A stretch of DNA of 64,000 nucleotides, taken from assembly GCA_002708825.1 (NCBI GenBank), contig PAPF01000030.1:59365-123364 (forward strand), given 5' to 3'. Positions 1-9,666 of this stretch are shown in pieces. The DNA comes from Phyllobacteriaceae bacterium. GTDB lineage: Bacteria; Pseudomonadota; Alphaproteobacteria; Rhizobiales; Rhizobiaceae. Below the pieces are notes generated by a model. It ran no database searches. It was given only the letters and a program-made list of their open reading frames with translations, and was not told the DNA's origin. Each line of letters starts with the position of its first letter. The stretch's first letter is position 1. Both the position numbers and the translations under genes were made by a program.

Positions 1-46
1 CGGCTACGAGGCCATCCGCAAACGATGGGAGGAAATGACGGCCTGA
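1..46 (+). CDS. 3' end of an unidentified CDS entering from the left edge (...GYEAIRKRWEEMTA*)
   Basis: Frame 2 is open from the window edge to TGA at 44..46. Too short to assign a product. Confidence 0.25.
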   Translation, partial: GYEAIRKRWEEMTA

Positions 47-166
47 GCGCCGCGCGGCCATGGATTCAGCCGATCACGCGGGCGTGATCGCTCCGGCCTT
101 GCCGGCCGGCCCTCCCCGGCCTAGCCTTTTCGAAGCCGGGGAAACCAACCAGCCGGGGAACAAGAC

Positions 167-1033
167 ATGCGTGCCTTGACCTGCCTTTCCTTCGACAGCC
201 CGCGCCGGACCTTCATGGCCGCCGCCCTTGCCGCACTCGCCGCCATCGCCATGCCCGGCCAGGTGCGTGCCCAGTCCTCGCCGGCACCGTCCAAGTGCAT
301 GGCCATCGCCAACGACCTGCGCCAGCACGATGGCCTCGTGCGCTACGCCTCGCTCACACCCTCCTGGCCCGTGCAATACGAACCCGGCAAGGTGACGATC
401 ACCTATGCGGGTCATTCCACCTATGTCATCGAGACACCGGGCGGTGTGCGGGCCGCGACGGACTTCTCCGGCTATCACGGCTACGATCCGCTGCCGCGCG
501 TCGTCACCATGAACCGGGCGCACTCGACCCACTACACGATGAACCCCGATCCCGGCATCGAACATGTCCTGCCGGGCTGGAACACCGATGGCGACGGACC
601 GGCCGAGCACCGCGTCGTGGTCGACGACCTTTACGTGCGCAACGTGCCGACCGACATCCGCATGGGCGATTACATGATGAAGGACGGCAATTCGATATTC
701 ATCTTCGAGGTCGCGGACCTGTGTATCGGCCACCTCGGCCATCTTCACCATGACCTGACCGACGCCCACTATGCCGCGATCGGCAGGCTGGACATTCTCA
801 TGGTGCCGGTCGATGGCGGGCTCACGCTTTCCCATGACGCCATGGCCGAGATCGTGCGGCGCCTGCAAAGCTCCATTGTCCTGCCCATGCACCGCCGCTA
901 CACGACCATCGAGCGTTTCCTGTCGCGCGTGCGCGGCGATTTCGCGGTGGAATTCCGCGATACCGAATCGATAACGGTCTCCATCCGCGACCTGCCGCGC
1001 CAGGCAACCATCATCGTGCTCAAGGGGGTGTGA
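167..1033 (+). CDS. exported MBL-fold metal-dependent hydrolase (COG2220-like)
   Basis: 288-aa ORF. N-terminal Tat/Sec-like signal (SPRRTFMAAALAALAAIAMPGQVRA). 'ITYAGHSTYVIETPGG' is typical of the beta-lactamase-fold hydrolase N-terminus. Confidence 0.75.
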   Translation: MRALTCLSFDSPRRTFMAAALAALAAIAMPGQVRAQSSPAPSKCMAIANDLRQHDGLVRYASLTPSWPVQYEPGKVTITYAGHSTYVIETPGGVRAATDFSGYHGYDPLPRVVTMNRAHSTHYTMNPDPGIEHVLPGWNTDGDGPAEHRVVVDDLYVRNVPTDIRMGDYMMKDGNSIFIFEVADLCIGHLGHLHHDLTDAHYAAIGRLDILMVPVDGGLTLSHDAMAEIVRRLQSSIVLPMHRRYTTIERFLSRVRGDFAVEFRDTESITVSIRDLPRQATIIVLKGV

Positions 1034-1039
1034 ACGGGC

Positions 1040-1861
1040 CTACCAGAAGTCCGGCACGGTCTCGGCCAGACGCGGCCCGATCCTGAGCGGCGCGATCCGT
1101 TCGCAAAGCCCGGTGCTGTCGGAAATGTCGAGGCCGACGCCGCAGATCGTCGCCGGGCCATTGGCGGCCTCGAAGCGGCCTTTCGGCACCTTTGACAGGA
1201 ACCGGTTGAGCGGTTCCTCCTTGTCCATGCCGAGGGAGGAATCGTAGTCGCCGCACATGCCCGCATCCGACAGGTATCCCGTGCCATTGGCAAGGATCTG
1301 GTGATCGGCCGTCGGGCAATGGGTATGCGTGCCGACGACGAGGCTGGCCCGCCCGTCGACGAAATGGCCGAAACACATCTTTTCGCTGGTCGCCTCGGCA
1401 TGGAAGTCGAACACGACCGCATCGGCCTGCTCGCCCAGAGGGCAATGTTCCAGCACCTGCGCCCCGGCATTGAACGGATCGTCGAGTTCGGGATGCATGA
1501 AGACGCGGCCCATCACGTTGGCGACCAGCACGCGCGCGCCGTTGCGCGCCTCGTACAGCCCGGTTCCGCGCCCGGGCGTGCCGAGCGGATAATTGACCGG
1601 GCGAAGGAAACGGTCCTCGCGCGAGGCGAAGGAAAGTGCCTCGCGCTGGTCCCAGACATGGTTGCCCGTGGTCACAACGTCGGCGCCCGCCTCGATCGTC
1701 TGGCGGAAGATATCCTCGGTGATCCCGAAACCGCCGGCGGCATTCTCGCCGTTGACGATCACGAAATCGAGCCGGAAATCGGATATGAGGCCGGGCAGGC
1801 GGTCCCAGACCGCCGTGCGGCCGGTCCGGCCCACCATGTCACCTAGAAAAAGCAATCTCAT
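1040..1861 (-). CDS. YmdB-like metallophosphoesterase (TIGR00282 family)
   Basis: 273 aa. MRLLFLGDMVGRTGR...VIVNGENAAGGFGIT...VVTTGNHVWDQ is the calcineurin-like phosphoesterase motif set of YmdB proteins. Confidence 0.9.
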   Translation of the reverse strand: MRLLFLGDMVGRTGRTAVWDRLPGLISDFRLDFVIVNGENAAGGFGITEDIFRQTIEAGADVVTTGNHVWDQREALSFASREDRFLRPVNYPLGTPGRGTGLYEARNGARVLVANVMGRVFMHPELDDPFNAGAQVLEHCPLGEQADAVVFDFHAEATSEKMCFGHFVDGRASLVVGTHTHCPTADHQILANGTGYLSDAGMCGDYDSSLGMDKEEPLNRFLSKVPKGRFEAANGPATICGVGLDISDSTGLCERIAPLRIGPRLAETVPDFW

Positions 1862-1951
1862 GGCTGGCCATTATCAGGGCAGGACAAGAAGGCGCAAGCG
1901 CCTTGGCCCGGCCCCTGTGAACTTTGTCACACGGGCCACCGTTCCCGCCTG

Positions 1952-2557
1952 TCAACGCATATCCCCGCCGGCCTGCCGGACCTTGTCGAACGGGCGCAAG
2001 CCGCTTTCCGTCCACACCGCATCGAGCGGCACATCGTGCGCCTCCGCAGGAACGGCCTCGACCTCCTGGCAATCGAAGGCCATGCCGATGAGTCGCGGCC
2101 GGAGGCCGGCCGCGCGCAGCCCGGCAATCGCCCGGTCGTAGTAGCCCGCGCCGTAACCGATCCGGTTGCCGGACGCATCGAAGGCCGCCAGCGGCATCAG
2201 CATCAGGCCCGGATGCAGGCGTTCGGCCTCCGGTGGCGGGGCGAGCGTGCCAAACCCGTTGTCGATGAGCGGTGAACCGCGAACCAGGGCGCGAAATTCG
2301 ATGGTCTGCCGGTCGATCATCGCCGGCACGCAGAGCCGCGCGCCGCGCGCCGCCAAAGCCATCATCAGCGGCCGGATGTCCAGTTCGGTCCGGATCGGAA
2401 GGAAGCCCGAGACCACTTCCCCCGGATCGAGGGCGACCAGTCCGGCCTCGTCCGAGAGCTTCATGGCCACCTCGATGCGGTAACCGGCATCCAGCTGGTC
2501 GCGGCGCGCCAGCGCCTCCATGCGCAACTGTTTCTTGATGGATTTCGTCTCGCTCAT
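1952..2557 (-). CDS. ygfA: 5-formyltetrahydrofolate cyclo-ligase
   Basis: Conserved part starts at MSETKSIKKQLR (ATG at 2557). C-terminal 'GNRIGYGAGYYDR' signature. The 82-aa N-terminal extension in the track ORF (to 2803) is not credible coding sequence. Confidence 0.9.
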   Translation of the reverse strand: MSETKSIKKQLRMEALARRDQLDAGYRIEVAMKLSDEAGLVALDPGEVVSGFLPIRTELDIRPLMMALAARGARLCVPAMIDRQTIEFRALVRGSPLIDNGFGTLAPPPEAERLHPGLMLMPLAAFDASGNRIGYGAGYYDRAIAGLRAAGLRPRLIGMAFDCQEVEAVPAEAHDVPLDAVWTESGLRPFDKVRQAGGDMR

Positions 2558-2589
2558 CGCCCGCTTATGCCGGGGCGGCGCCTTTTTGG

Positions 2590-2776
2590 CTAGCCGGGAT
2601 GCGACACGGAAGGCCAAGGTGCGATCCACGGCGACCGATGGAAAGATTGATCCCGGGAACCTACAGCGTAGGTGGGCGCCGTATGACCAAGCCCACGGGC
2701 AAGACCAGGGACAGCTCCCTAGGAGATCAATAAGGCCCCGGGGAAGTGTTATTCCTGTCGGGAAGCGCAGACCGCA
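2590..2776 (-). ncRNA. ssrS: candidate 6S RNA (ssrS); ends approximate
   Basis: Lies directly upstream of ygfA on the same strand, the classical ssrS-ygfA linkage. Sigma70-like promoter on the minus strand: TGGCGA (2810..2805), 17-nt spacer, TATATT (2787..2782). A 159-nt core (2602..2760) is closed by CGACAGGAA/UUCCgUGUCG, followed by AUUGAUCuCC/GGGAUCAAU and an apical GUGGGC/GCCCAC hairpin. No credible ORF. Fold done by eye only. Confidence 0.45.
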
Positions 2777-3081
2777 CACGCAATATAGGCCTGCGCAGGC
2801 CACTTCGCCAGTGGCGCCGCACGATGGCGCGCCGATTGTTCACAGATGAGCGAACACACTGTTCTCCAAGGATTTTTCTGTAAATCCGCACTCACGAAAA
2901 TGCGACCGGACGATCACGAAAAGGTCGCTCTTCGTTGTTTTGCATGTGTTGGGCCCCCGCCCCATCTTCCACTCATCGGAACGCGGACAAGCCGCACCGG
3001 ACCGGATCCCGGGAAGGGACATTGCGAAAGACGGGGCATCCTCCCAAGACCCCGGCCGCACCATGAAGAAGGAAGACCATC

Positions 3082-3336
3082 ATGAAGAAGCTCATCATCG
3101 CCGCATCGCTCGTCGCCGCCGCCACTGGCATGGCCGCCGCCGAAAGCAGCGTTCTCTACACCGGCAACTACTCCGCCAGCGTCATCGAACAGTATGGCGC
3201 GCCCGGCGTCATGGCTTCCGGCGCCGTGAATTACGACATCGACCGCACCGCCACGGCGTCGATCACCGCACCGTCCGCCGCGAACAGCGGCAATTATTCC
3301 GCCAACGTCACCGCGTTCGACATCTACGGCCGCTGA
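3082..3336 (+). CDS. small secreted protein, tandem paralog 1 (function unknown)
   Basis: 84 aa. Sec signal MKKLIIAASLVAAATGMAAA|E. Mature part carries an internal repeat: GNYSASVIEQYG and GNYSANVTAFDIYG. GGAAG lies upstream of the ATG. Confidence 0.75.
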   Translation: MKKLIIAASLVAAATGMAAAESSVLYTGNYSASVIEQYGAPGVMASGAVNYDIDRTATASITAPSAANSGNYSANVTAFDIYGR

Positions 3337-3383
3337 TCACCTTCAAGCAGCCTCATCAACCCATCACAGAAAGGACCAGAACC

Positions 3384-3647
3384 ATGAAGAAGCTCATCAT
3401 CGCCGCATCGCTCGTCGTCGCCGCCACCGGCATGGCCGCTGCCGAAAGCAACATTCTCTACACCGGCAACTACTCCGCCAGCGTCATCGAACAGTATGGC
3501 GCGCCCGGCGTCATGGCTTCCGGCACCGTGAATTACGACATCGACCGCACCGCCACGGCGTCGATCACGGCGCCGTCCGCCGGCGACCGCATGGTCCACG
3601 GCAAATATTCCGGCAATGTGTCGGCGTTCGACCTCTACGGCCGTTGA
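3384..3647 (+). CDS. small secreted protein, tandem paralog 2 (function unknown)
   Basis: 87 aa, starting at ATG 3384 inside track ORF 2940..3647. The first 198 nt differ from paralog 1 at 8 positions by manual alignment. The C-terminus diverges (SAGDRMVHGKYSGNVSAFDLYGR). Confidence 0.75.
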   Translation: MKKLIIAASLVVAATGMAAAESNILYTGNYSASVIEQYGAPGVMASGTVNYDIDRTATASITAPSAGDRMVHGKYSGNVSAFDLYGR

Positions 3648-3674
3648 TCGCCGATCCGGCACAGACCGGTGAAA

Positions 3675-3700
3675 GGCCCGCGCCCGGCGCGGGCCTTTTG
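3675..3700 (+). terminator. Rho-independent terminator after the tandem small genes
   Basis: GGCCCGCG-cccgg-CGCGGGCC stem followed by TTTT. Confidence 0.7.
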
Positions 3701-3779
3701 CTGTCCGGCCCTTGCGGATGGCGGGCACGCTGCCTAATGTCGCCGCCTGCAGGACAAAGGAAAAAAGGCAAGGGAGCCC

Positions 3780-4622
<843 letters not shown>

Positions 4623-4626
4623 GGCC

Positions 4627-5337
4627 ATGGCCGCGCGGGCCAGCGCCGGCGGCCGGGTCCGCCCGCGCGAAACCGATCTCTACGAACCCGTCAAGGCCCT
4701 GCTGGAACGGCAGGGCTACACGGTCAAGGGCGAGATCGGCACCGCCGACATCGTCGCCAGGCGCGGCGGCGAGGATCCGGTGATCGTGGAATTGAAGGCC
4801 GGGTTTTCACTGAGCCTTTTCCATCAGGACATCGAGCGCCAGAAGATCACCGACCATGTCTATGTCGCCGTGCCGCGCGGCACCGGAGCGGCGTTTCACA
4901 AGGCAGTGAAGGCGAACATGGCGCTGTGCCGGCGGCTTGGCCTCGGCCTCATCACCATCCGCCTGGCCGACGGCTTCGCCGAGATCCGTCTCGATCCGTT
5001 GCCCTACAGCCCGCGCAAGTCGAAGCCGCGCAAGAGTCGCCTGCTCAGGGAGTTCGAACGGCTTGTCGGCGACCCGAATACCGGCGGGTCCGTGCGCAGC
5101 GCCATCATGACTGCCTACCGCCAGGACGCCCTGCTCTGCCTCGCGCATCTGGCATGCAACGGGCCAACCAAGGCCGCGCTCGTGGCCCGTGCGACCGGGG
5201 TGGAAACGGCCCGGCGCATCATGGCGGACAATCACTATGGCTGGTTCGAGCGGGTCGCGACCGGGATCTACGCCATGAGCCCGAAAGGGCGCGACGCGAC
5301 CGGCCAGTCCGGTCCTACGCCGCCTCCATCCGCCTGA
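4627..5337 (+). CDS. DUF2161-type protein: N-terminal PD-(D/E)xK-like nuclease-fold motif plus C-terminal winged-helix-like region
   Basis: 236 aa. Starts 4 nt after the moxR stop. ...YEPVKALLERQGY...GTADIVARRGGEDPVIVELKAG gives an E...D...ExK pattern (D41, E55, K57). C-terminal segment ...PTKAALVARATGVETARRIMADN... Confidence 0.8.
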   Translation: MAARASAGGRVRPRETDLYEPVKALLERQGYTVKGEIGTADIVARRGGEDPVIVELKAGFSLSLFHQDIERQKITDHVYVAVPRGTGAAFHKAVKANMALCRRLGLGLITIRLADGFAEIRLDPLPYSPRKSKPRKSRLLREFERLVGDPNTGGSVRSAIMTAYRQDALLCLAHLACNGPTKAALVARATGVETARRIMADNHYGWFERVATGIYAMSPKGRDATGQSGPTPPPSA

Positions 5338-6316
5338 AGTCGGAAAAGGAGACGAGCCTCCGGGACGCCTCGTCCCACAGCGTCAGGCGGACGCATTTCA
5401 GGCTCTGCCAGAAGGTCAGGCGGCCCTTTTCACGGAATTCCGGATAGGCCTTCAGCACTTCGGGCAGGCGCCAGAAGGGCACGCGCGCCGCCAGGTGATG
5501 CACGTGGTGGATACCGATATAGCCGGTGGCCCACATCAGCGGCCGCGGCAGGTCGTAGAACGACGAACCGTCGAGGGCGGCGCGCTCGCGCTCCCATTCC
5601 GGTGCCCGTGCCCAGAAGGTCGGGTCGAACTGGTGCTGGATGTAGAACAGCCACACGCCGGCCACCGCGCCCATCAGGATCACCGGAAGGTGGACCGCCA
5701 GCATCACCTGCCAGCCGAAGGCGTACCAAAGCGAGCCGTGGAAAAGCAGGATCCCTGCATTGGTACCGAGCGCGGAAACCCAGGCTTCGCGCCGGTCGGT
5801 GAAGCCGGAAGGCCAGCGTTGCTGGACCAGGAACACATAGGCCGGCCCGATGACGAACATCACCAGCGGATGGCGGTAGGCGCGATAGGCAAGCCGGCCC
5901 CACAAACCGAGCGCGCGGTATTCCTCCGTCGTCAGCGTGCTGATGTCGCCGATGCCGCGCCTGTCGAGATTGCCGGAACCGGCGTGATGCAGGTTGTGGC
6001 TGTGGCGCCAGTAGCCATAGGGCGTGAAGGTCAGCACACCGAGCAGCCTGCCGACGCGGTCGTTGAGAGCCGCCGTGGTGAACAGCGAACCATGGCCGCA
6101 ATCGTGCTGGATGATGAACAGGCGCACCAGCATGAGCGCCGCAAGCGGCAGAAGCGGCAGCGACAAGACCCAGTACCCGCCAGCAAAAAGCAGCGCAGCG
6201 GCCAGCCATAGGACGGCCAGGAGTCCGAGCGTCAATGCCAGTTCGCGGAAACCGCGCCTGTCATCGGCTTGTGCGAACGGCCGCAAGCGGCCGCTCCAGC
6301 GCTTTGTATCCTTCAT
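5315..6316 (-). CDS. membrane fatty-acid desaturase
   Basis: Three His boxes: HDCGHGS, HSHNLHH and HHVHH. Likely start is MKDTKR (ATG at 6316). Overlaps the 3' end of the convergent DUF2161 gene by 23 nt. Confidence 0.9.
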   Translation of the reverse strand: MKDTKRWSGRLRPFAQADDRRGFRELALTLGLLAVLWLAAALLFAGGYWVLSLPLLPLAALMLVRLFIIQHDCGHGSLFTTAALNDRVGRLLGVLTFTPYGYWRHSHNLHHAGSGNLDRRGIGDISTLTTEEYRALGLWGRLAYRAYRHPLVMFVIGPAYVFLVQQRWPSGFTDRREAWVSALGTNAGILLFHGSLWYAFGWQVMLAVHLPVILMGAVAGVWLFYIQHQFDPTFWARAPEWERERAALDGSSFYDLPRPLMWATGYIGIHHVHHLAARVPFWRLPEVLKAYPEFREKGRLTFWQSLKCVRLTLWDEASRRLVSFSDFRRMEAA

Positions 6317-6473
6317 GGTCCTCCCCGTCCGCCCAGTGGCGGCAAAGCCTGATGATCTTGTTTTCTGCCCGGTAAACGTTTTTTCCGACAAAAGCGAGGC
6401 CAACTGTTGTCGCACTTGCGGCAAATGACGTGGCAGATTGACCCTTTCGGCGCCAGGCGCTAGTTTCGCCACC

Positions 6474-6527
6474 GTGGTGATTTGGCCGGCCGGCTTGCAG
6501 CCACGTAAAACAACTCGCTAAAAGGGC
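6474..6527 (+). promoter_or_regulatory. SAM-II (metA-type) riboswitch
   Basis: GUGAUUUGGCCGGCCGGCUUGCAGCCACGUAAAACAACUCGCUAAAAGGG lies in the metA leader. The GAUUU...GGCUUGCAGCC...AAA...CGCUAAAA pattern matches the alphaproteobacterial SAM-II motif as I recall it. Confidence 0.65.
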
Positions 6528-6601
6528 CGCGGACAGCAGGAGCGTCACGGAACCGGCAGCGAAACCTTTGCGGCCGGTCATTCGAGTTCTGGAGTCCGAC
6601 C

Positions 6602-7534
6602 ATGCCGATCCGCATTCCCGATGCCCTCCCCGCCCGCGATGTCCTCGTGCGCGAAGGCGTGTCCGTCATGAACGAATCATCCGCGATTCGCCAGGACATC
6701 CGGCCGTTGCAGATCGCGCTTCTGAACCTGATGCCCAACAAGATCCGCACCGAGACCCAGATTGCCCGTCTGATCGGCGCCACGCCGCTTCAGATCGAGT
6801 TCTCGCTGGTGCGCGTGAGCGGCCACACGCCGAAGAACACGCCGGCCGATCATCTGATTTCCTTCTACCAGACCTGGGAGGAAGTCCGGCACCGCAAGTT
6901 CGACGGCTTCATCATCACCGGCGCGCCCATTGAACTCCTGCCCTTCGAGGACGTGGCCTACTGGGAGGAAATGGAAGCCATCTTCGACTGGACGGTGACC
7001 AACGTCCATTCCACCTTCAACATCTGCTGGGGCGCCATGGCCGCCATCTGGCACTTCCACAAGGTCCCGAAATACGCCCTGGAAAAGAAGGCGTTCGGCG
7101 TCTACCGCCACAAGAACCTCAATCCCGTCTCGCCCTATCTCGCCGGCTTTTCGGATGATTTCCAGATCCCGGTCTCGCGCTGGACAGAGGTGCGCAAGGC
7201 CGACCTGGAAGGCAAGAACGGCCTGGAACTGCTGATGGACAGCCCCGACACCGGCCCCTGCCTTATATCCGAGAAGGCCGGCAACAGGCTCTACATCTTC
7301 AATCACATCGAATACGATTCGACCTCGCTGAAGGAAGAATACGAGCGCGATGTCGCCGCGCATGTGCCGATTTCCGTGCCGCACAACTATTACCCGGACG
7401 ACAATCCGGCCAACCAGCCGCTCAACCGCTGGCGCTCCCACGCCCATCTCCTTTTCGGCAACTGGATCAACCAGGTCTACCAGACCACTCCCTTCGACAT
7501 GGATGACATAGGCCGCGACAGGCAATGGCTGTGA
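6602..7534 (+). CDS. metA: homoserine O-succinyl/acetyltransferase
   Basis: 310 aa. [15 protein letters not shown]...[21 protein letters not shown] is a diagnostic MetA N-terminus. Confidence 0.95.
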   Translation: MPIRIPDALPARDVLVREGVSVMNESSAIRQDIRPLQIALLNLMPNKIRTETQIARLIGATPLQIEFSLVRVSGHTPKNTPADHLISFYQTWEEVRHRKFDGFIITGAPIELLPFEDVAYWEEMEAIFDWTVTNVHSTFNICWGAMAAIWHFHKVPKYALEKKAFGVYRHKNLNPVSPYLAGFSDDFQIPVSRWTEVRKADLEGKNGLELLMDSPDTGPCLISEKAGNRLYIFNHIEYDSTSLKEEYERDVAAHVPISVPHNYYPDDNPANQPLNRWRSHAHLLFGNWINQVYQTTPFDMDDIGRDRQWL

Positions 7535-7544
7535 CCGTGAGGAT

Positions 7545-8009
7545 GTGATGACGCAGAACCCGGGACTGACGATCCGGCCGCTGGAAGCCGGGGACGAAGC
7601 GCAATGGCGCCGGCTCTGGACGGCCTATCTTGATTTCTACGAGACAGCCGTGGGCGAGGAGGTGTACCGCTCGTCCTTCGAACGCATGCTGCGGGGCAAT
7701 GCCGGGGCGCCGGGCGAGTTTCGCGGCCTTCTGGCGCTCAAGGACGGTAGTCCCGTCGGCCTCGTCCATTTCCTGTTCCACCGCCACGGCTGGAAGATCG
7801 AGGACGTCTGCTATCTGCAGGACCTCTATGCCGATCCGCAGGTGCGCGGCACCGGTGTCGGCCGCGCGCTCATCGAGGCTGTCTATGCCGCCGCCGACGA
7901 GCAAGGGTGTCCGTCGGTCTATTGGTTGACGCAGGAGTTCAACCATGAAGCCCGCAAGCTCTACGACCGCATCGCCACGGTGACGCCCTTCATCAAGTAT
8001 GCGCGCTAG
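7545..8009 (+). CDS. GNAT family N-acetyltransferase
   Basis: 154 aa. Acetyl-CoA motif QVRGTGVGRALIEAV. Confidence 0.85.
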   Translation: MMTQNPGLTIRPLEAGDEAQWRRLWTAYLDFYETAVGEEVYRSSFERMLRGNAGAPGEFRGLLALKDGSPVGLVHFLFHRHGWKIEDVCYLQDLYADPQVRGTGVGRALIEAVYAAADEQGCPSVYWLTQEFNHEARKLYDRIATVTPFIKYAR

Positions 8010-8054
8010 GCCGCCTGCCGGAATGTCATCTGGCGGCATGGCACGGGACGTCCC

Positions 8055-8082
8055 GTTAACCATTTGTTAACCATGGTTAACC
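8055..8082. promoter_or_regulatory. CtrA-type box cluster in the minC promoter
   Basis: GTTAACCATTTGTTAACCATGGTTAACC. TTAA-N7-TTAAC is at 8056..8071 and includes the TTAACCAT half-site. A perfect 16-bp palindrome GTTAACCATGGTTAAC is at 8066..8081. Three GTTAACC copies start at 8055, 8066 and 8076, and a fourth is at 8124..8130. The cluster lies 31-58 bp upstream of the minC ATG. Confidence 0.5.
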
Positions 8083-8112
8083 TATCCATCAGGTAAGAGA
8101 ATCTTTACCTGG

Positions 8113-8820
8113 ATGACCAGAGTGTTAACCGGCACGACCCAAGCCATTCGCCTCAAGGGACGCTCGTTCCTGGCCATCGTCCTGAGCCCGGAACTGCCGC
8201 TCGGCGACTGGCTCGAGCGTTTCGACGCGCTCGCTTCCCGTTCGGCGGGTTACTTCCTCAAGCGCCCCGTCATGCTCGACGTGACCGGCATGGAGATTGA
8301 CGGCGCAACGTTGCGCGATCTCGTCACGCGGTTGGCCGACAGGAATGTCCGCATCATGGGAATCGAGGGGGCCGGCGAGACCGAACTCGGGCCGGACCTT
8401 CCGCCCGCGATGAGTGGCGGCCTGCCGGCTTCGGGTATTGACGGCCTCGAAGAAGCAGGCACGGCGTCGGGCGAAGGGACAGCTCCAGCCATGGCTCCCG
8501 CGCTCATGGTCACCGAGCCGGTGCGTTCCGGCCAGGCCCTGGTCAGCGATGGCGACATCACCATCATCGGTTCCGTCGCTTCTGGCGCCGAGGTCATCGC
8601 GGGCGGTTCCGTCCACGTCTACGGCACGTTGCGCGGACGCGTGATGGCCGGATCGGGCGGCGATGGCCGGGCGCGCATCTTCTGCCGCCGGCTGGAGGCC
8701 GAACTCGTCGCGATCGCCGGATATTACCAGACCTCCGAGGATCTGGATCCCGGCCTGCATGGCCAGCCCGTGCAACTCTGGCTGGAAGGCGAAAGCATAT
8801 TGGCGCAGCGATTCAACTGA
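8113..8820 (+). CDS. minC: septum site-determining protein MinC
   Basis: 235 aa. C-terminal beta-helix segment (IIGSVASGAEVIAGGSVHVYGTLRGRVMAG). Followed by minD and minE. Confidence 0.9.
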   Translation: MTRVLTGTTQAIRLKGRSFLAIVLSPELPLGDWLERFDALASRSAGYFLKRPVMLDVTGMEIDGATLRDLVTRLADRNVRIMGIEGAGETELGPDLPPAMSGGLPASGIDGLEEAGTASGEGTAPAMAPALMVTEPVRSGQALVSDGDITIIGSVASGAEVIAGGSVHVYGTLRGRVMAGSGGDGRARIFCRRLEAELVAIAGYYQTSEDLDPGLHGQPVQLWLEGESILAQRFN

Positions 8821-8850
8821 ACCCGGCTGGGTTCGAAGAGGGAGAACGGA

Positions 8851-9666
8851 ATGGGCAAGGTGATCGTGGTCACGTCCGGCAAGGGCGGGGTGGGCAAGAC
8901 AACGTCGACGGCGGCGCTCGGCGCGGCCCTGGCGCAGAACGGCGACAAGGTCGTCGTGGTGGATTTCGACGTGGGCCTGCGCAATCTCGACCTGGTCATG
9001 GGCGCCGAGCGGCGCGTCGTCTACGACCTGATCAACGTGATCCAGGGCGAGGCGAAGCTGGCGCAGGCGCTGATTCGCGACAAGCGCCTCCAGTCGCTCT
9101 ACCTGCTGCCGGCCTCGCAGACCCGCGACAAGGACAAGCTGACGGCCGAAGGCGTGGAGAAGGTGATCACCGCGCTGAAGAGCGCCTTCGACTGGGTCAT
9201 CTGCGACAGCCCGGCCGGGATCGAGCGCGGCGCAACGCTGGCCATGCGCCATGCTGACGCTGCCATCGTCGTCACCAATCCGGAGGTGTCGTCGGTGCGC
9301 GATTCCGACCGCATCATCGGCCTGCTCGACTCCAAGACGGTCAAGGCGGAAGCCGGCGAGCGCGTCGAGAAGCACCTGCTCCTCAACCGCTACGACCCCA
9401 ACCGGGCTGCCAGCGGCGACATGCTGAATGTCGACGACGTGCTCGAGATCCTGTCGATCCCGCTGCTGGGCATCATCCCGGAGAGCCCGAACATCCTGCG
9501 CGCCTCCAACATCGGCTCGCCCGTGACCCTGTGCGATGCGTCCAGCACCACCGCGCAGGCCTATTTCAACGCCGCGCGGCGGCTGGCCGGCGAGGCGGTT
9601 CCGGTGACCGTCCCCGGCGAGAGGCGCAGTTTCTTCGAGAAGATCTTCGGAAGGAAGGCTGCATGA
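8851..9666 (+). CDS. minD: septum site-determining ATPase MinD
   Basis: 271 aa. Deviant Walker [12 protein letters not shown]-terminal amphipathic helix FFEKIFGRK. Confidence 0.97.
   Translation: MGKVIVVTSGKGGVGKTTSTAALGAALAQNGDKVVVVDFDVGLRNLDLVMGAERRVVYDLINVIQGEAKLAQALIRDKRLQSLYLLPASQTRDKDKLTAEGVEKVITALKSAFDWVICDSPAGIERGATLAMRHADAAIVVTNPEVSSVRDSDRIIGLLDSKTVKAEAGERVEKHLLLNRYDPNRAASGDMLNVDDVLEILSIPLLGIIPESPNILRASNIGSPVTLCDASSTTAQAYFNAARRLAGEAVPVTVPGERRSFFEKIFGRKAA

Noticed and set aside
2558-2803. N-terminal 82-aa extension of the ygfA ORF. Comparable upstream extensions occur on many track ORFs, e.g. 14926..16437, 21545..23605, 34986..35804, 40588..41490, 41432..42763, 44572..45636 and 49817..51247.
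   Set aside because: The conserved protein N-termini begin at internal ATG/GTG codons with Shine-Dalgarno-like sequences. The extensions are low-complexity and, for ygfA, overlap the structured RNA candidate.
8829-8836. GGTTCGAA, a tRNA T-loop-like string between minC and minD
   Set aside because: No acceptor, D or anticodon arms can be drawn around it. It sits 15 nt before the minD ATG, next to the GAGGGAG ribosome-binding site.
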